From an uncultured Desulfarculus sp. (GTDB taxonomy: Bacteria > Desulfobacterota > Desulfarculia > Desulfarculales > Desulfarculaceae), in the NCBI GenBank assembly GCA_963665125.2, contig CAXXUK010000002.1:64001-128000 (forward strand): DNA of 64,000 nucleotides, read 5' to 3'. Below the pieces are notes generated by a model that was not told the DNA's origin, searched no databases, and worked only from the letters and a program-made list of their open reading frames with translations. Made by a program: the position numbers and the translations under genes. Shown one piece after another: positions 40,843 to 50,231 of the stretch (positions are counted from its first letter, which is position 1; the number at the start of each line of letters is the position of its first letter).

Positions 40843-41658
40843 CTAGCGAAATGAAGCCCCGCCGCCGCCGCTGGCCCCGCCGCCGAAGGCCCCGAAACCA
40901 CCGCCAAAAGCCGAGAAGCCTTTGAATTTGGCGAGCAATCCGGCAATACCGCCGTAACCTACGAAAAACCAAACCAGAAAGGCTGCAATCAGCCATCCTC
41001 CGGGGTCATTTTTTCCGCCCATGCCGTCGGAAAACCACAGCTTGACCATGAACACCACCAGCAGCACCACGACCAGCAAGCCCAACAGGGCCCCAACAAC
41101 ATAATCGAACGTGGTCGGCTTGGGTGGTTTCAGGTCGACGCCCTTGCTTTTGGCGATGGCCAGGGCCGCGGAGAGTACTCCTTGGCGAATGGCCTGATCG
41201 TTGAGCTTTCGTTTGAATTCGGGAAGCATGGCCTGGGTGATGATGCGGTTGGCCAGGGCGTCAGTGATGATGTGTTCCAGGCCGTAACCCACCTCGATAC
41301 GGATTTGCAGGGGATTGCGGACGATCACCAACAGCAGGCCGTCGTCGTGATCCCGGCGGCCCAGGCCCAGCTGCTCGAAGCGCTCCACGGCGAATTGTTC
41401 CAGGGTCTGGTCCGCGGGCAGGGACATCTTTGTGATCACCGCCAGTTGGGCCCCGGTCTTTTGCTCCAGGCGGTGGGCTGTTTCGTTGATGGTGAATTCA
41501 TTAGCCAGAAAACAGCCGCCGTCAAGAACCACATCGGGAAACGGGTCCTGCCACGGATTGATGCCGTTGGCGTAAAACAGCGAAAAGGAAAAGACGATCC
41601 CCGCCGCCACGGGACCGAAAATAACTATCAGCAGTAGCGTCCGGATGGCGTTCTGCAC
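40843..41658 (-). CDS. TPM-domain protein (YgcG-like)
   Basis: LEQKTGAQL, GLG...DDGLLL, RIEVGYGLE, Gly-rich tail. Confidence 0.88.
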   Translation of the reverse strand: MQNAIRTLLLIVIFGPVAAGIVFSFSLFYANGINPWQDPFPDVVLDGGCFLANEFTINETAHRLEQKTGAQLAVITKMSLPADQTLEQFAVERFEQLGLGRRDHDDGLLLVIVRNPLQIRIEVGYGLEHIITDALANRIITQAMLPEFKRKLNDQAIRQGVLSAALAIAKSKGVDLKPPKPTTFDYVVGALLGLLVVVLLVVFMVKLWFSDGMGGKNDPGGWLIAAFLVWFFVGYGGIAGLLAKFKGFSAFGGGFGAFGGGASGGGGASFR

Positions 41659-41691
41659 TTGATGAATCCCCCCGGTGGTGGCGGTGAGCTG

Positions 41692-42417
41692 CTACATTTT
41701 GTCAACCCGGCGGCCCAGCTCGGCCAGCTGCTCCTCGGCCTGTTCGATGAGGCCGGCCATCTCGCCGCCCTTGGGCTTGAACGATCCGTCGCGGACCAGG
41801 GAAAGCTTGCGCAGGGCGTCCACGGCCAGCCCAGCCTCTTCGCATTTGGCCATGACCTCGCCCTGTTCCAGGGGGAAGGAGCCAGCGGTCAGGTAGAGCC
41901 AGCCCTGCAACAGGGCCTTCATGGCCGGGGCGGCCTCGGCGGCCACCTGGGCCAGGGCCTTGTCCCGGCCGCCGCTGGTTAATAGCCTGCCGCCCAGGGC
42001 CAGGCGCTTGGCCTTGACCTCCCGCTCCAGTTGCAGGCGCAGGTCCCCGGATTCGATTTTCAGATCCGCCAGGGGGTCTTCGCCGTGCAGGCATTTGTGC
42101 GAGGCGGCCATGGTCAGAAACTCGATGGGAAACACATCCTTGCTGGAGGCGATGAACTGGGAGCTCATGATCACCGGCGGGGCCACGCCCGCCGAGGCCC
42201 AGGTCTCGAAAAACCCGCTCAGGCGGCTGATCACCCGCCGCGCGCCGTTGGCCGTCTCGACAAGCAGGTTGATGTCGCTGCGGCCCTGGGTGTAGGCCCC
42301 CCGGGCGGCGGAGCCGAATACGCACACGCTGACCAGGTCAGTGCCCAGGGCCTTGGTCAGGTCCATCAGGATTTCATCGAAGATATCTTCGGGCTTTGCC
42401 GGTGGTTTCTTGGCCAT
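41692..42417 (-). CDS. Nucleotidyltransferase-domain protein
   Basis: VFGSAARG...SDINL, DVFPIEF, LRLQLERE. Confidence 0.8.
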   Translation of the reverse strand: MAKKPPAKPEDIFDEILMDLTKALGTDLVSVCVFGSAARGAYTQGRSDINLLVETANGARRVISRLSGFFETWASAGVAPPVIMSSQFIASSKDVFPIEFLTMAASHKCLHGEDPLADLKIESGDLRLQLEREVKAKRLALGGRLLTSGGRDKALAQVAAEAAPAMKALLQGWLYLTAGSFPLEQGEVMAKCEEAGLAVDALRKLSLVRDGSFKPKGGEMAGLIEQAEEQLAELGRRVDKM

Positions 42418-42633
42418 CTATTTCCGCCTTTATTGATATAGCTACAATCTGAAAATTCGTTTTTATGCCGCCCGACCGGGGCCAGTGGCCTTCAATTGGG
42501 AACAGTGTCCGGCCCCCGACTTGGGAGGCCAAGCATTGGCCTGGCGGCCCGTTGGACATTGCGCCAGGCCGGGGCCACTGCCGTTTATCCGGGCATGGCC
42601 TTCAACCCCCGCTATGGGAGCGCAAGTCTTGCG

Positions 42634-43422
42634 CTAGAAGTCGCCGGAAAAACCGCCGCCGCCGGACATGCCGCCGCCGAAGCCGCCAAACCCGCCTCCG
42701 CCGCCAAAGGAACTGAATCCGCCGCCGGAGCTGTGGCCGCCGCCCATCATGGAGCCCAGGAACATGCCCGTTAAAAAGGAGCCGCCGCCGCCTCTGCGTC
42801 CGCCGCGCCCCCGCAGGGCGGCGACGATAAAGAAGATGATGATGAACAGGATGAACGGCAGGACCACGCCCGCGCCGCCGCCGTCGGACTTGACCTTGAC
42901 ATCGGGCACGCCGGTGAGCTTGACGCCCTTGTCCTTGGCGATGATCTGGGCCGCGGCGGCCACTCCGGCGCCCAGGCCCAGGTCAAACTTGTTTTGCTTG
43001 AGATAGGGCAGCATGGCCTGGTCGTAGATCCGCCGGGCCACGGCGTCGGGAATGATGCCTTCCAGTCCGTAGCCCACCTCGATGCGGGCCTTGCGCTCCT
43101 TGAGGGCCAGCAGGAACAGCAGGCCTTCATCCTTGCCCTTTTCACCGATGCCCCATTTTTCAAATAGTTCCACGGCCAGACCCTCGATGGTCTGGTCGCC
43201 CAGGGTGGGCACGGTGGCCACGACAATGGACGCCCCGGTCTTTTGCCAAAGCTCCATGCTCCAGTTGGTTATGGCCTTTTCACCCTGGGCTGAAAAAAGA
43301 TCGGCGTAGTCGGCCACCGGGCCCTTGGGCCTGGGCCAATCGGCGGCCAATGCCGCGCCGAAGCTGATAAACAAAAGCGCCGCCATTAGCAGCGGCGCTA
43401 TTTTTAGAAAATTGCGTTTCAT
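42634..43422 (-). CDS. TPM-domain protein (YgcG-like)
   Basis: Signal peptide, VADYA, WGIG..KDEG, RIEVGYGLEG, Gly-rich tail. Confidence 0.9.
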   Translation of the reverse strand: MKRNFLKIAPLLMAALLFISFGAALAADWPRPKGPVADYADLFSAQGEKAITNWSMELWQKTGASIVVATVPTLGDQTIEGLAVELFEKWGIGEKGKDEGLLFLLALKERKARIEVGYGLEGIIPDAVARRIYDQAMLPYLKQNKFDLGLGAGVAAAAQIIAKDKGVKLTGVPDVKVKSDGGGAGVVLPFILFIIIFFIVAALRGRGGRRGGGGSFLTGMFLGSMMGGGHSSGGGFSSFGGGGGFGGFGGGMSGGGGFSGDF

Positions 43423-43428
43423 AAACTC

Positions 43429-44400
43429 CTACAGGCCTTCTTCGGCGAGTTGCTCCAATAGTTCTTTTTGTTTGGACGACACCTTTTTGGGCACGGTTAC
43501 ATTGATGCGCACGAACAGATCGCCGTGGCCCGAGCCCTTGAAACGGGGAAGGCCCTTGCCCTTGAGGCGCATGCGCGAGCCGTTCTGGGCTCCCTTGGGC
43601 ACCTTGACGCCCAGGTTCTTGCCGTCGATGGTGCCCACATCCACCGTGCCGCCCAGGGCCGCCTTGCTGAAAGGCACCTCTACAGTGGTTTCGAGGTCGT
43701 CGCCCTCGCGCTTGAAGCGGTCGTCGTCGAGCACCCGGACCTTGATGAACAGGTCGCCGGGCTGGCCGCCGGGGGCCGGGGCATTGTCGCCCTTGCCGCT
43801 CAGGCGCAGCTTTTGACCGGTGGCGATGCCAGCAGGCACCTTGACGCTGACCCGTTCGACCTTGCCGCTGCGGCGGTAGGAAACCATCTTCTCCGCGCCG
43901 TGGAAGACCTCGGCCAGGCTCACGGGCAGTTCGTAGACTAGGTCGGTGCCCTTGCCCTGCATGCCGCCGTAGGCCCCGCCCTGGCCGTAGTCAAAGCCGC
44001 CCATGCCCGGACCGGCGCCGGGGCCGCCCTGGCCGAAGCCGCCCATGTTGTAGGCCCGGAATCCGCCGCCGCGCCCGCCGCCGAAGATCTTGGAAAAGAA
44101 GTCTCCGCCCAGGCCCATGTCGCGCAGGATGTCGTTGATGTCGCTGCCGCGGTAGATGTCGTCCTGGCTATAGCGCTGCTTGAAACCGGCGCTGCCGAAC
44201 GTGTCGTACTGCTTGCGCTTTTCCGCGTCGGACAACACCGAATAGGCCTCGCTGATCTCCTTGAACTTTTCCTCGGCCTCGGGGTTGTCCTTGTTGCGGT
44301 CGGGGTGGTACTGCATGGCCAGCTTGCGGTAGGCCTTTTTGATCTCGTCGTCCGAAGAGCCCTTGGCCACCCCGAGAGTGGTGTAATAATCTTTGGCCAT
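43429..44400 (-). CDS. Type II J-domain protein (DnaJ/CbpA-like, no zinc finger)
   Basis: DYY..LGV, YHPD, G/F region, DnaJ_C; no CxxCxGxG repeats. Confidence 0.92.
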   Translation of the reverse strand: MAKDYYTTLGVAKGSSDDEIKKAYRKLAMQYHPDRNKDNPEAEEKFKEISEAYSVLSDAEKRKQYDTFGSAGFKQRYSQDDIYRGSDINDILRDMGLGGDFFSKIFGGGRGGGFRAYNMGGFGQGGPGAGPGMGGFDYGQGGAYGGMQGKGTDLVYELPVSLAEVFHGAEKMVSYRRSGKVERVSVKVPAGIATGQKLRLSGKGDNAPAPGGQPGDLFIKVRVLDDDRFKREGDDLETTVEVPFSKAALGGTVDVGTIDGKNLGVKVPKGAQNGSRMRLKGKGLPRFKGSGHGDLFVRINVTVPKKVSSKQKELLEQLAEEGL

Positions 44401-44500
44401 AGTTATATGTCAGCCGCCGGCAATAAGCGGCCTTACCTCCAAAAAATTAATGCGTTCCGCGCTTTAATCGTTTGATTATAGCGGAACTCCTGTTGAAAAT

Positions 44501-44529
44501 AATATAAGTCCGCCCCTGGGGGGTGTCAA
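44501..44529 (-). promoter_or_regulatory. sigma70 promoter of the dnaJ-like cluster
   Basis: Minus-strand TTGACA-17-TATATT. Confidence 0.65.
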
Positions 44530-44677
44530 GCAAGGGCCATGGCGGTTTTTTCACAGGAGCCAGGTAGTTGCGGACTTATCGCCCGCCGCGCAGCCGGGGA
44601 AGCATCTCCCGCTGAAAAACACCCTGATCGGTCGAAGGCGAATCAAGTTTCAAACCTGGTTGGAAGGAGTTGCTTAT

Positions 44678-45790
44678 ATGCTGTTCAGGAAGTTTTTTGT
44701 TGCCATGTCACTGGCTTTGCTACTGTTTAGCCCGCTTGCCTCGGACGTCGATGCATGCACTGGACTCAGGTTGATCGCCAAGGATGGAACCACGGTATAC
44801 GGACGGTCCATGGAATGGGGTACCTTTGACCTCAACACCAGGGTTGCCATCATTCCCAGAGGCTATAAATTCGCCGGCTTAACTCCGGACGGAAACAACG
44901 GCAAGAAATGGAAAGCGAAGTTCGGGGTGGTAGGGCTGGACGCGCTGGGCAAGGACGTACTTACCGATGGAATGAACGAAGCCGGCCTGGCAGGAGGTCT
45001 TTTCTACCATCCGGGTTATGCCAAATATCAGCCGTACGTAAAGGCCGATGCCGCCGAAACAATTGATGCCAAGGATGTCCTGACCTACTTGCTGACCCAG
45101 TACGCCACCGTGGAAGAGGTCAGGAACGGCCTGGCAAAGGTGCGAGTCGGGGGCGTGGTGGAACCGGCCCTGGGCATGCCGGTTTCGGCCCATTGGATGG
45201 TGGTGGAGCCCTCAGGCAAGTCCATCGTCATCGAATACTTGGACGGCAAACTCACGATATTCGACAACCCCCTGGGCGTGATCACCAATGCCCCCGCCTT
45301 TGACTGGCACCTGACCAATCTGCGAAACTACGTGAATCTCTCGCCGGTGGCCATCCCCGGAAAAAAGATCGAGGATCTCAACTTCGCGCCCTTGGGAGGC
45401 GGCAGCGGCATGATCGGCCTGCCCGGCGATTTCACTCCGCCGTCGCGTTTCATCAGGGTGGTGGCCTGGTCCCAGACCGCCCGTCCCCTGCCTGATTCCA
45501 ATGAAGCAATATATGAACTTTTCCGTATCCTAGACAACTTCAACGTCCCGCTGGGCGCGGCCGAGGGCACCAGTGAAACCCATTCCAACCTGGTGGGAAT
45601 GCGTAGCGCGACCCTTTGGACATCAGGTTGGGACACCGCGCAAAAAGCGCTCTATTACCATACCCAGCACAACCGGCGTTTGCGCATGGTTGACATGAAA
45701 AAGCTGGATTTTTCAGGCAGCGAGATCAAGCACCTGCCCCTGGACAAGAAAAAACAGGAAGACGTCGAAGACATTACTCCCGCCAAATAA
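44678..45790 (+). CDS. Linear amide C-N hydrolase (choloylglycine hydrolase/penicillin V acylase family), secreted
   Basis: Signal peptide ending VDA-C (N-terminal nucleophile Cys), GRSME, DGMNEAG, GLPGDFTPPSRF. Confidence 0.92.
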   Translation: MLFRKFFVAMSLALLLFSPLASDVDACTGLRLIAKDGTTVYGRSMEWGTFDLNTRVAIIPRGYKFAGLTPDGNNGKKWKAKFGVVGLDALGKDVLTDGMNEAGLAGGLFYHPGYAKYQPYVKADAAETIDAKDVLTYLLTQYATVEEVRNGLAKVRVGGVVEPALGMPVSAHWMVVEPSGKSIVIEYLDGKLTIFDNPLGVITNAPAFDWHLTNLRNYVNLSPVAIPGKKIEDLNFAPLGGGSGMIGLPGDFTPPSRFIRVVAWSQTARPLPDSNEAIYELFRILDNFNVPLGAAEGTSETHSNLVGMRSATLWTSGWDTAQKALYYHTQHNRRLRMVDMKKLDFSGSEIKHLPLDKKKQEDVEDITPAK

Positions 45791-45798
45791 CTAAACCA

Positions 45799-45841
45799 CC
45801 CGTCCGGCGGCGCGTCAAGGCGCGGCGCACCGCCGGGCGGG
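45799..45841. terminator. GC-rich hairpin between convergent genes
   Basis: CCCGTCCGGCGG..CCGCCGGGCGGG. Confidence 0.5.
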
Positions 45842-45860
45842 TAATAAGACCGTGTGACGG

Positions 45861-46697
45861 TTAGACCGTGAATTCGCCGGGGTCTTCCACCAGTTTGTCG
45901 CACATGACGTCGATGATGTTGCGCAGTTTGGCGCTGTCAAGGGCCAGCAGTTTCATGGCGTGGCGGTCCAGGGGCGGCACCCAGGGGTCGCCGCCGTCGC
46001 CGCAGCCATAGGCCCGCACCAGGATATCGGCGAAATGAACCACGGCGGTGTACTTGGGGGCCTGGCGGGAGGCCTCGGGCTTGTGGTGCCAGCGGATGGG
46101 CTCCAGAAGCTGCTCGGGCAGCTTCCAGCTTTCGGCCAGCCACTGGCCCACCTGGGTGTGGTCAAAGCCAAGGACCTCGCGTTCGGCGTCGCGCACAGGC
46201 ATTTCCTCGACCTCCACCAGTTCGTCGATGCTCTGGCGGTCTTCGATCATATGCACCCGCAGGACCACCTTGCCCAGGTCGTGCAGCAGCCCGGCCAGGC
46301 CCACTTCCTCCACCTCTTCCATGCCGATCTCGGTGGCGATGATGTTGCTCACCGTGGCCACGGCCATGGAATGCCGCCAAAGCTCGGCGCTCTGGCCCTT
46401 CATCAGGTCGAATACGCTGGAGGTCAAAATCAGGCCCTTGACCACGTCGAAACCCAACAGAACCAGGGCCTGGGTCAGGGAGCCGACCTTGCGCGAAAAG
46501 CCGAAGAAAGCGCTGTTGGCCAGCTTGAGCACCTTGGCCGTGAGCACCTGGTCCTTGCTGATGAGCTTGCCGATGTCGGCGGCGGAAAATCGCTTGGAGT
46601 CCACGGCGCGGCTGATCTTGTCGATCATGCCCGGCAGGGTGGGCAGGTTCTTGATCAGCTGCACCTTTTTTTTGGCGGCGACGCGGTCGGTTACCAC
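45861..46697 (-). CDS. HDOD-domain protein
   Basis: LPTLP, DQVLTAKVLKLANS, WRHS, GLLHDLGK, DHTQVG..W. Confidence 0.92.
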   Translation of the reverse strand: MVTDRVAAKKKVQLIKNLPTLPGMIDKISRAVDSKRFSAADIGKLISKDQVLTAKVLKLANSAFFGFSRKVGSLTQALVLLGFDVVKGLILTSSVFDLMKGQSAELWRHSMAVATVSNIIATEIGMEEVEEVGLAGLLHDLGKVVLRVHMIEDRQSIDELVEVEEMPVRDAEREVLGFDHTQVGQWLAESWKLPEQLLEPIRWHHKPEASRQAPKYTAVVHFADILVRAYGCGDGGDPWVPPLDRHAMKLLALDSAKLRNIIDVMCDKLVEDPGEFTV

Positions 46698-46703
46698 TGG
46701 GCT

Positions 46704-47090
46704 CTAGCTCCTCTTGCCGCCTGGTTTGAGCAGCTTTTCGGAAGTGTCGGTGGCCGGTCCGTTGGCCTTGGGGCCGCCCAGGATACAGCCGCTCCGGAGC
46801 TTGGCGGCCAGGATTTCCCGGATGGCCATGAGCAGGGGGTCGTTTTCCACCCGGGAAAAACGCATGCGCAGGGCCTTTTCGGCCTGATCCACATAGGCCT
46901 GGCGCTCCTCTTCCGAGGCGAAGGCGTCGCCTTCGACCACCACGGAGTCGACCTGCAGGCGCTCCAGCAGGCTGATCACCTCCGGGGTGATCTGCCTGCC
47001 TTTGGTCATCAGCACCACGCCGTCGTCCCTGGAGACGTCCTGGGCCAGGACCTGGCCTTCCACTAGTTTTGCAACCTGGACCTTTATCAT
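46704..47090 (-). CDS. Hypothetical protein (resembles N-terminal domain of HD-GYP proteins)
   Basis: MIKVQVAKLVEGQVLAQDV..GVVLMTKG; RBS GGAG; coupled to the HDOD gene. Confidence 0.7.
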   Translation of the reverse strand: MIKVQVAKLVEGQVLAQDVSRDDGVVLMTKGRQITPEVISLLERLQVDSVVVEGDAFASEEERQAYVDQAEKALRMRFSRVENDPLLMAIREILAAKLRSGCILGGPKANGPATDTSEKLLKPGGKRS

Positions 47091-47195
47091 CGCTGTCTCC
47101 CTGCATAATCGTAGCAAAGCGGCGCTGCCGCAACAAGCACGCAACGATGCAAGGCCGTCATTATGTGCTACAATCGGTGGCTGGAGGGCCGAGGC

Positions 47196-47633
47196 ATGAA
47201 CCTGGAATTCGTCAATCTGAAGGAATGCGGCGTGGCGCCGGGCATGGCCGTGGCCCGGATCGCGGCCTGGCATTACGAACAGGGCCGCAGGGTATTGATT
47301 CGTACGGCAGACGACGCCGAGGCCCACGGCATCGACACCCTGCTGTGGACATTCGAGCCGGGGTCTTTCGTGGCCCATGCCGTGTCCGGCGGGCCCGACC
47401 AGACCGAGGAGCCGGTGCTGATCCACAATACCGCCGAAAACATCAATAACGCCGCGGTGCTGATCCTGACCCGGCCGCCCCAGGGCATCGAAGGCCTGCC
47501 GCCCGGCTTTGATCTGGCCATCCTGCTTGTTCCGGCCAATGACTGCCCCGAGCTGCACGCCTGCCGGGAGTGCTTCCGCCAGGCCCGTGAGTCCGGCCTG
47601 AACCCTGCCCACACCACTCGCCTCCCTATTTAA
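47196..47633 (+). CDS. holC: DNA polymerase III chi subunit
   Basis: GRRVLI..IDTLLWTFEPGSFVAH..EPVLI. Confidence 0.8.
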   Translation: MNLEFVNLKECGVAPGMAVARIAAWHYEQGRRVLIRTADDAEAHGIDTLLWTFEPGSFVAHAVSGGPDQTEEPVLIHNTAENINNAAVLILTRPPQGIEGLPPGFDLAILLVPANDCPELHACRECFRQARESGLNPAHTTRLPI

Positions 47634-47708
47634 AAACAATTCTCAACTTGACAACGGCACAATGGGCCTTAGATTTATTGGTAACGCCGATGAATTATGG
47701 AGAGACCT

Positions 47709-47918
47709 ATGCCTATCTATGAATACAAGTGCCGCCTGTGCGGCCAATTCTTTGAAAAACTGGTCTTTAACAGCGACGAAAAGGTCAGTTGCCCCAAGTG
47801 CAAGGCCGATGATGTCGACAAGCAGGTCTCGGGCTTCAGCGTGGGCAACGGCTCGCCCAACTTCCAGTCCCCCGGCCTGACCAGCGGCGGTTGCGGCGGC
47901 GGTGGCGGCTTCAGTTGA
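47709..47918 (+). CDS. FmdB-family zinc-ribbon protein (possible Sec readthrough to 47927)
   Basis: MPIYEYKCRLC..FE..CPKC; promoter TTGACA-16-TAGATT upstream. Confidence 0.9.
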   Translation: MPIYEYKCRLCGQFFEKLVFNSDEKVSCPKCKADDVDKQVSGFSVGNGSPNFQSPGLTSGGCGGGGGFS

Positions 47919-48052
47919 GCGGGCTAACATGCGCGGCGCGTGACGCCGCCAAAATGCAGAGCATGCCGAAACCGGGGCGTGCGCCGGGGGGCCGATGAGC
48001 CCGCACGGCGGTCCTGGTTTTTACGGCCAGACGCCAAAGCCCGCTATGATCA

Positions 48053-48709
48053 TCACAAAAAGCAACTTCTGGAACAAAATGATGATGCCAAAGAAATGAT
48101 GATGCCAAAGATTAGATCGATTAACAGCACGATGAAAAAGGTGCGCCATTTGCCCTTGCCATGAATCAGGTCAAGGGCTAGGCATTGCAGATAGACTCCC
48201 CAGACCGCAAAGGGAATGATCATGACCGTTACATCGGGGGAAAATCCCTGTCCCTTGGTCAGGCCATCCAGCGCACCTTCCAAGGGTGCATAAAGCATAG
48301 GTACCGCAGCGGTGTAAGCCAGGACCCTGGCCGTGGCCCAATAGGGAGCCGGGGCGGTATTGGAGCGCAGTAAGACATGGGCCACCCAGGCATAAAGGGC
48401 CAAGCCGCCCAGACCCACGACCGCCCAGAGAACCTGTAGGGGCAACCTGTCCAGCAGTATTTCATAACCGGAGTTGCCGCCAAAGGCCAGGTCCGCCGCC
48501 TGACCCGCCAGGCCTCCGGTCAGCGAGGCCAAAAAGGCGTAAAGCCACGGCTTGTAATAGGCCCCGGCGGGCCGCAGGGCAAAAGTCCGCGACGGGGCGA
48601 AAATAATCATCAGGCTGGTGCTGAAGAAAGTACCGGCCTAGCCTTGCTCCCGCTCCCAGGGCAGGCGTTGGCTGTCGGGCACCGGTTGGTCCGGTGGTTG
48701 CGTATTCAT
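48053..48709 (-). pseudogene. YIP1-like membrane protein, paralogue 5, with in-frame TAG at codon 24
   Basis: ATG 48709 MNTQ..RLPWEREQG*AGTFFS..; neighbouring paralogue has W (TGG) at the same site. Confidence 0.75.
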
Positions 48710-48727
48710 CCTTGCCGCCTGTCCTGT

Positions 48728-49429
48728 TTAATCAAAGGCGCCCGTGTATTTGGCGATGCCCAGGGTGATGACCATGATCACCGGCACCAGAACCAAGGCC
48801 GTTTTCAGGATCGAAATCAGGGCCGTTTTCACGTCGCAATGATGGATGGCGGCCAGGCCTACGCATTGCAGGTACAGGCCGTAGATCCAAAGCATCATGG
48901 AGGGCAGGCCCAGCATGCCGGTCTCCGGCGAGGCCGGATCATTGGCCATGGACGCGCCGCTGAAATAATCCAGGGGAATGGCCAGCAGCCGCACCGCGCT
49001 GCTGTAGGCCAGGGCCCGGTAGGTGCCCCAAAGCGGGGCCGGCTCGGCGACTTTGGGCGCCAGGAATCTGTGGTTGATGTAACCGACAATGGCCAGGGTC
49101 CCCAGGCTGAGGATGCTGAAAAACAGCGTCTCGGCGATCAGGGCAAGAGTATCCGGCGAAGCGCCCGCCGCCTCCGGCTCGAACAGCACAGGGTCGAAGT
49201 AGGTGCTGATGCAGAGGCCTGGCAGCCCCGCCAGGAAGACGAACAGCCACGGCTTGTAAAAGGCCCCGGCCGGGCGTAGGGCGTAGGCCTTCTTCGGGTA
49301 GCACACGATCATGAAACAAGTCGTGAAAAAGCCCATGAGCCAGCCCTGCTCCCGCTCCCAGGGCAGGCGCAGGCTGTCGGGCACTGGCTGGTAGGTCGGA
49401 ACCTCGGGAATTTGTTCTGCGTCGGTCAT
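48728..49429 (-). CDS. YIP1-like membrane protein, paralogue 4
   Basis: LPWE..FFTT..P.KA, TYRALAYS, H.C motifs; several TM segments. Confidence 0.75.
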   Translation of the reverse strand: MTDAEQIPEVPTYQPVPDSLRLPWEREQGWLMGFFTTCFMIVCYPKKAYALRPAGAFYKPWLFVFLAGLPGLCISTYFDPVLFEPEAAGASPDTLALIAETLFFSILSLGTLAIVGYINHRFLAPKVAEPAPLWGTYRALAYSSAVRLLAIPLDYFSGASMANDPASPETGMLGLPSMMLWIYGLYLQCVGLAAIHHCDVKTALISILKTALVLVPVIMVITLGIAKYTGAFD

Positions 49430-49444
49430 GATAAATCCTTAGTA

Positions 49445-50224
49445 TTAGCCGCCAAACAGCCTCTTGATATCAAAGTGGATGGAAAAATAAAAAAAGAATC
49501 CAAAGCCAAGTAAAAATCCGATAGACACCGAAGCCATGAACAGGGCGGCCAGGGCGTGAAACTTTCCGCAGTCATGGGCCGAATCAAGGGCTACCGCCGC
49601 AAGGTAATAGGCATAAAGCCGGAAAGGATACTGGGCCACCCAGATGAACATGGCAGCCCCGGCCAGGCTATCGGTATTATGCCCGATTATGGCGGCCGTG
49701 ATCGCCAGGAGCACGAATGGTATCAGGAAAAGCACACTCACCTGGCTATAGCACAAGGCCCGGTAGGTGGCCCGAATGGGCTCGGGCAAAGGCGCCATCG
49801 CCCGGATAAAGGCGTGCGCCACAAAGCCGAAAACAAGCGGCAACAGCAAAAGCGCCAGGGCAACAAATCCCGATGACAGCAACGTGCCGATTGCCAATAA
49901 AGCGGCCTTGACCACGGAAACATCTTGGGCCGAAAATGACGCCACGTTTTTGGTGAGCCAGAAAACGGCGACCTCGGCGAAATAAACCAGCCACAGAAAA
50001 ATCCACGGACGCCACCAGCCGCCCTGGGCCTCGTAGCTGAAGGCCCTGCCGGGGTGGGCCACGATCATCCATGCGGTGCTGAAAAAGGCGCGCGGCCATT
50101 TATGGGGCCGCTCCCAGGGCAGCCAACCGGGCAGCACCCGGCGGGGGGACTTGCGCAACTCGCCGTCATCGTCAAAGGGAAAATCCCACGGCCTTTCATC
50201 GTAGCGCTGATTAATGTTGGTCAT
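49445..50224 (-). CDS. YIP1-like membrane protein, paralogue 3
   Basis: LPWE..FFST..HP.RAF, TYRALCYS, AHDCGK. Confidence 0.75.
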   Translation of the reverse strand: MTNINQRYDERPWDFPFDDDGELRKSPRRVLPGWLPWERPHKWPRAFFSTAWMIVAHPGRAFSYEAQGGWWRPWIFLWLVYFAEVAVFWLTKNVASFSAQDVSVVKAALLAIGTLLSSGFVALALLLLPLVFGFVAHAFIRAMAPLPEPIRATYRALCYSQVSVLFLIPFVLLAITAAIIGHNTDSLAGAAMFIWVAQYPFRLYAYYLAAVALDSAHDCGKFHALAALFMASVSIGFLLGFGFFFYFSIHFDIKRLFGG

Positions 50225-50231
50225 GGTCCTG

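Noticed and set aside
42481..42585. Cobalamin riboswitch (GGGAA and GCCACTG present) or 6S RNA
   Set aside because: Other B12-box elements are missing, the strand is opposite to the flanking genes, and 6S consensus segments and usual synteny are absent.
48638..48640. Pyrrolysine recoding of the TAG
   Set aside because: No pyl genes in the window, and a single TGG>TAG change explains it.
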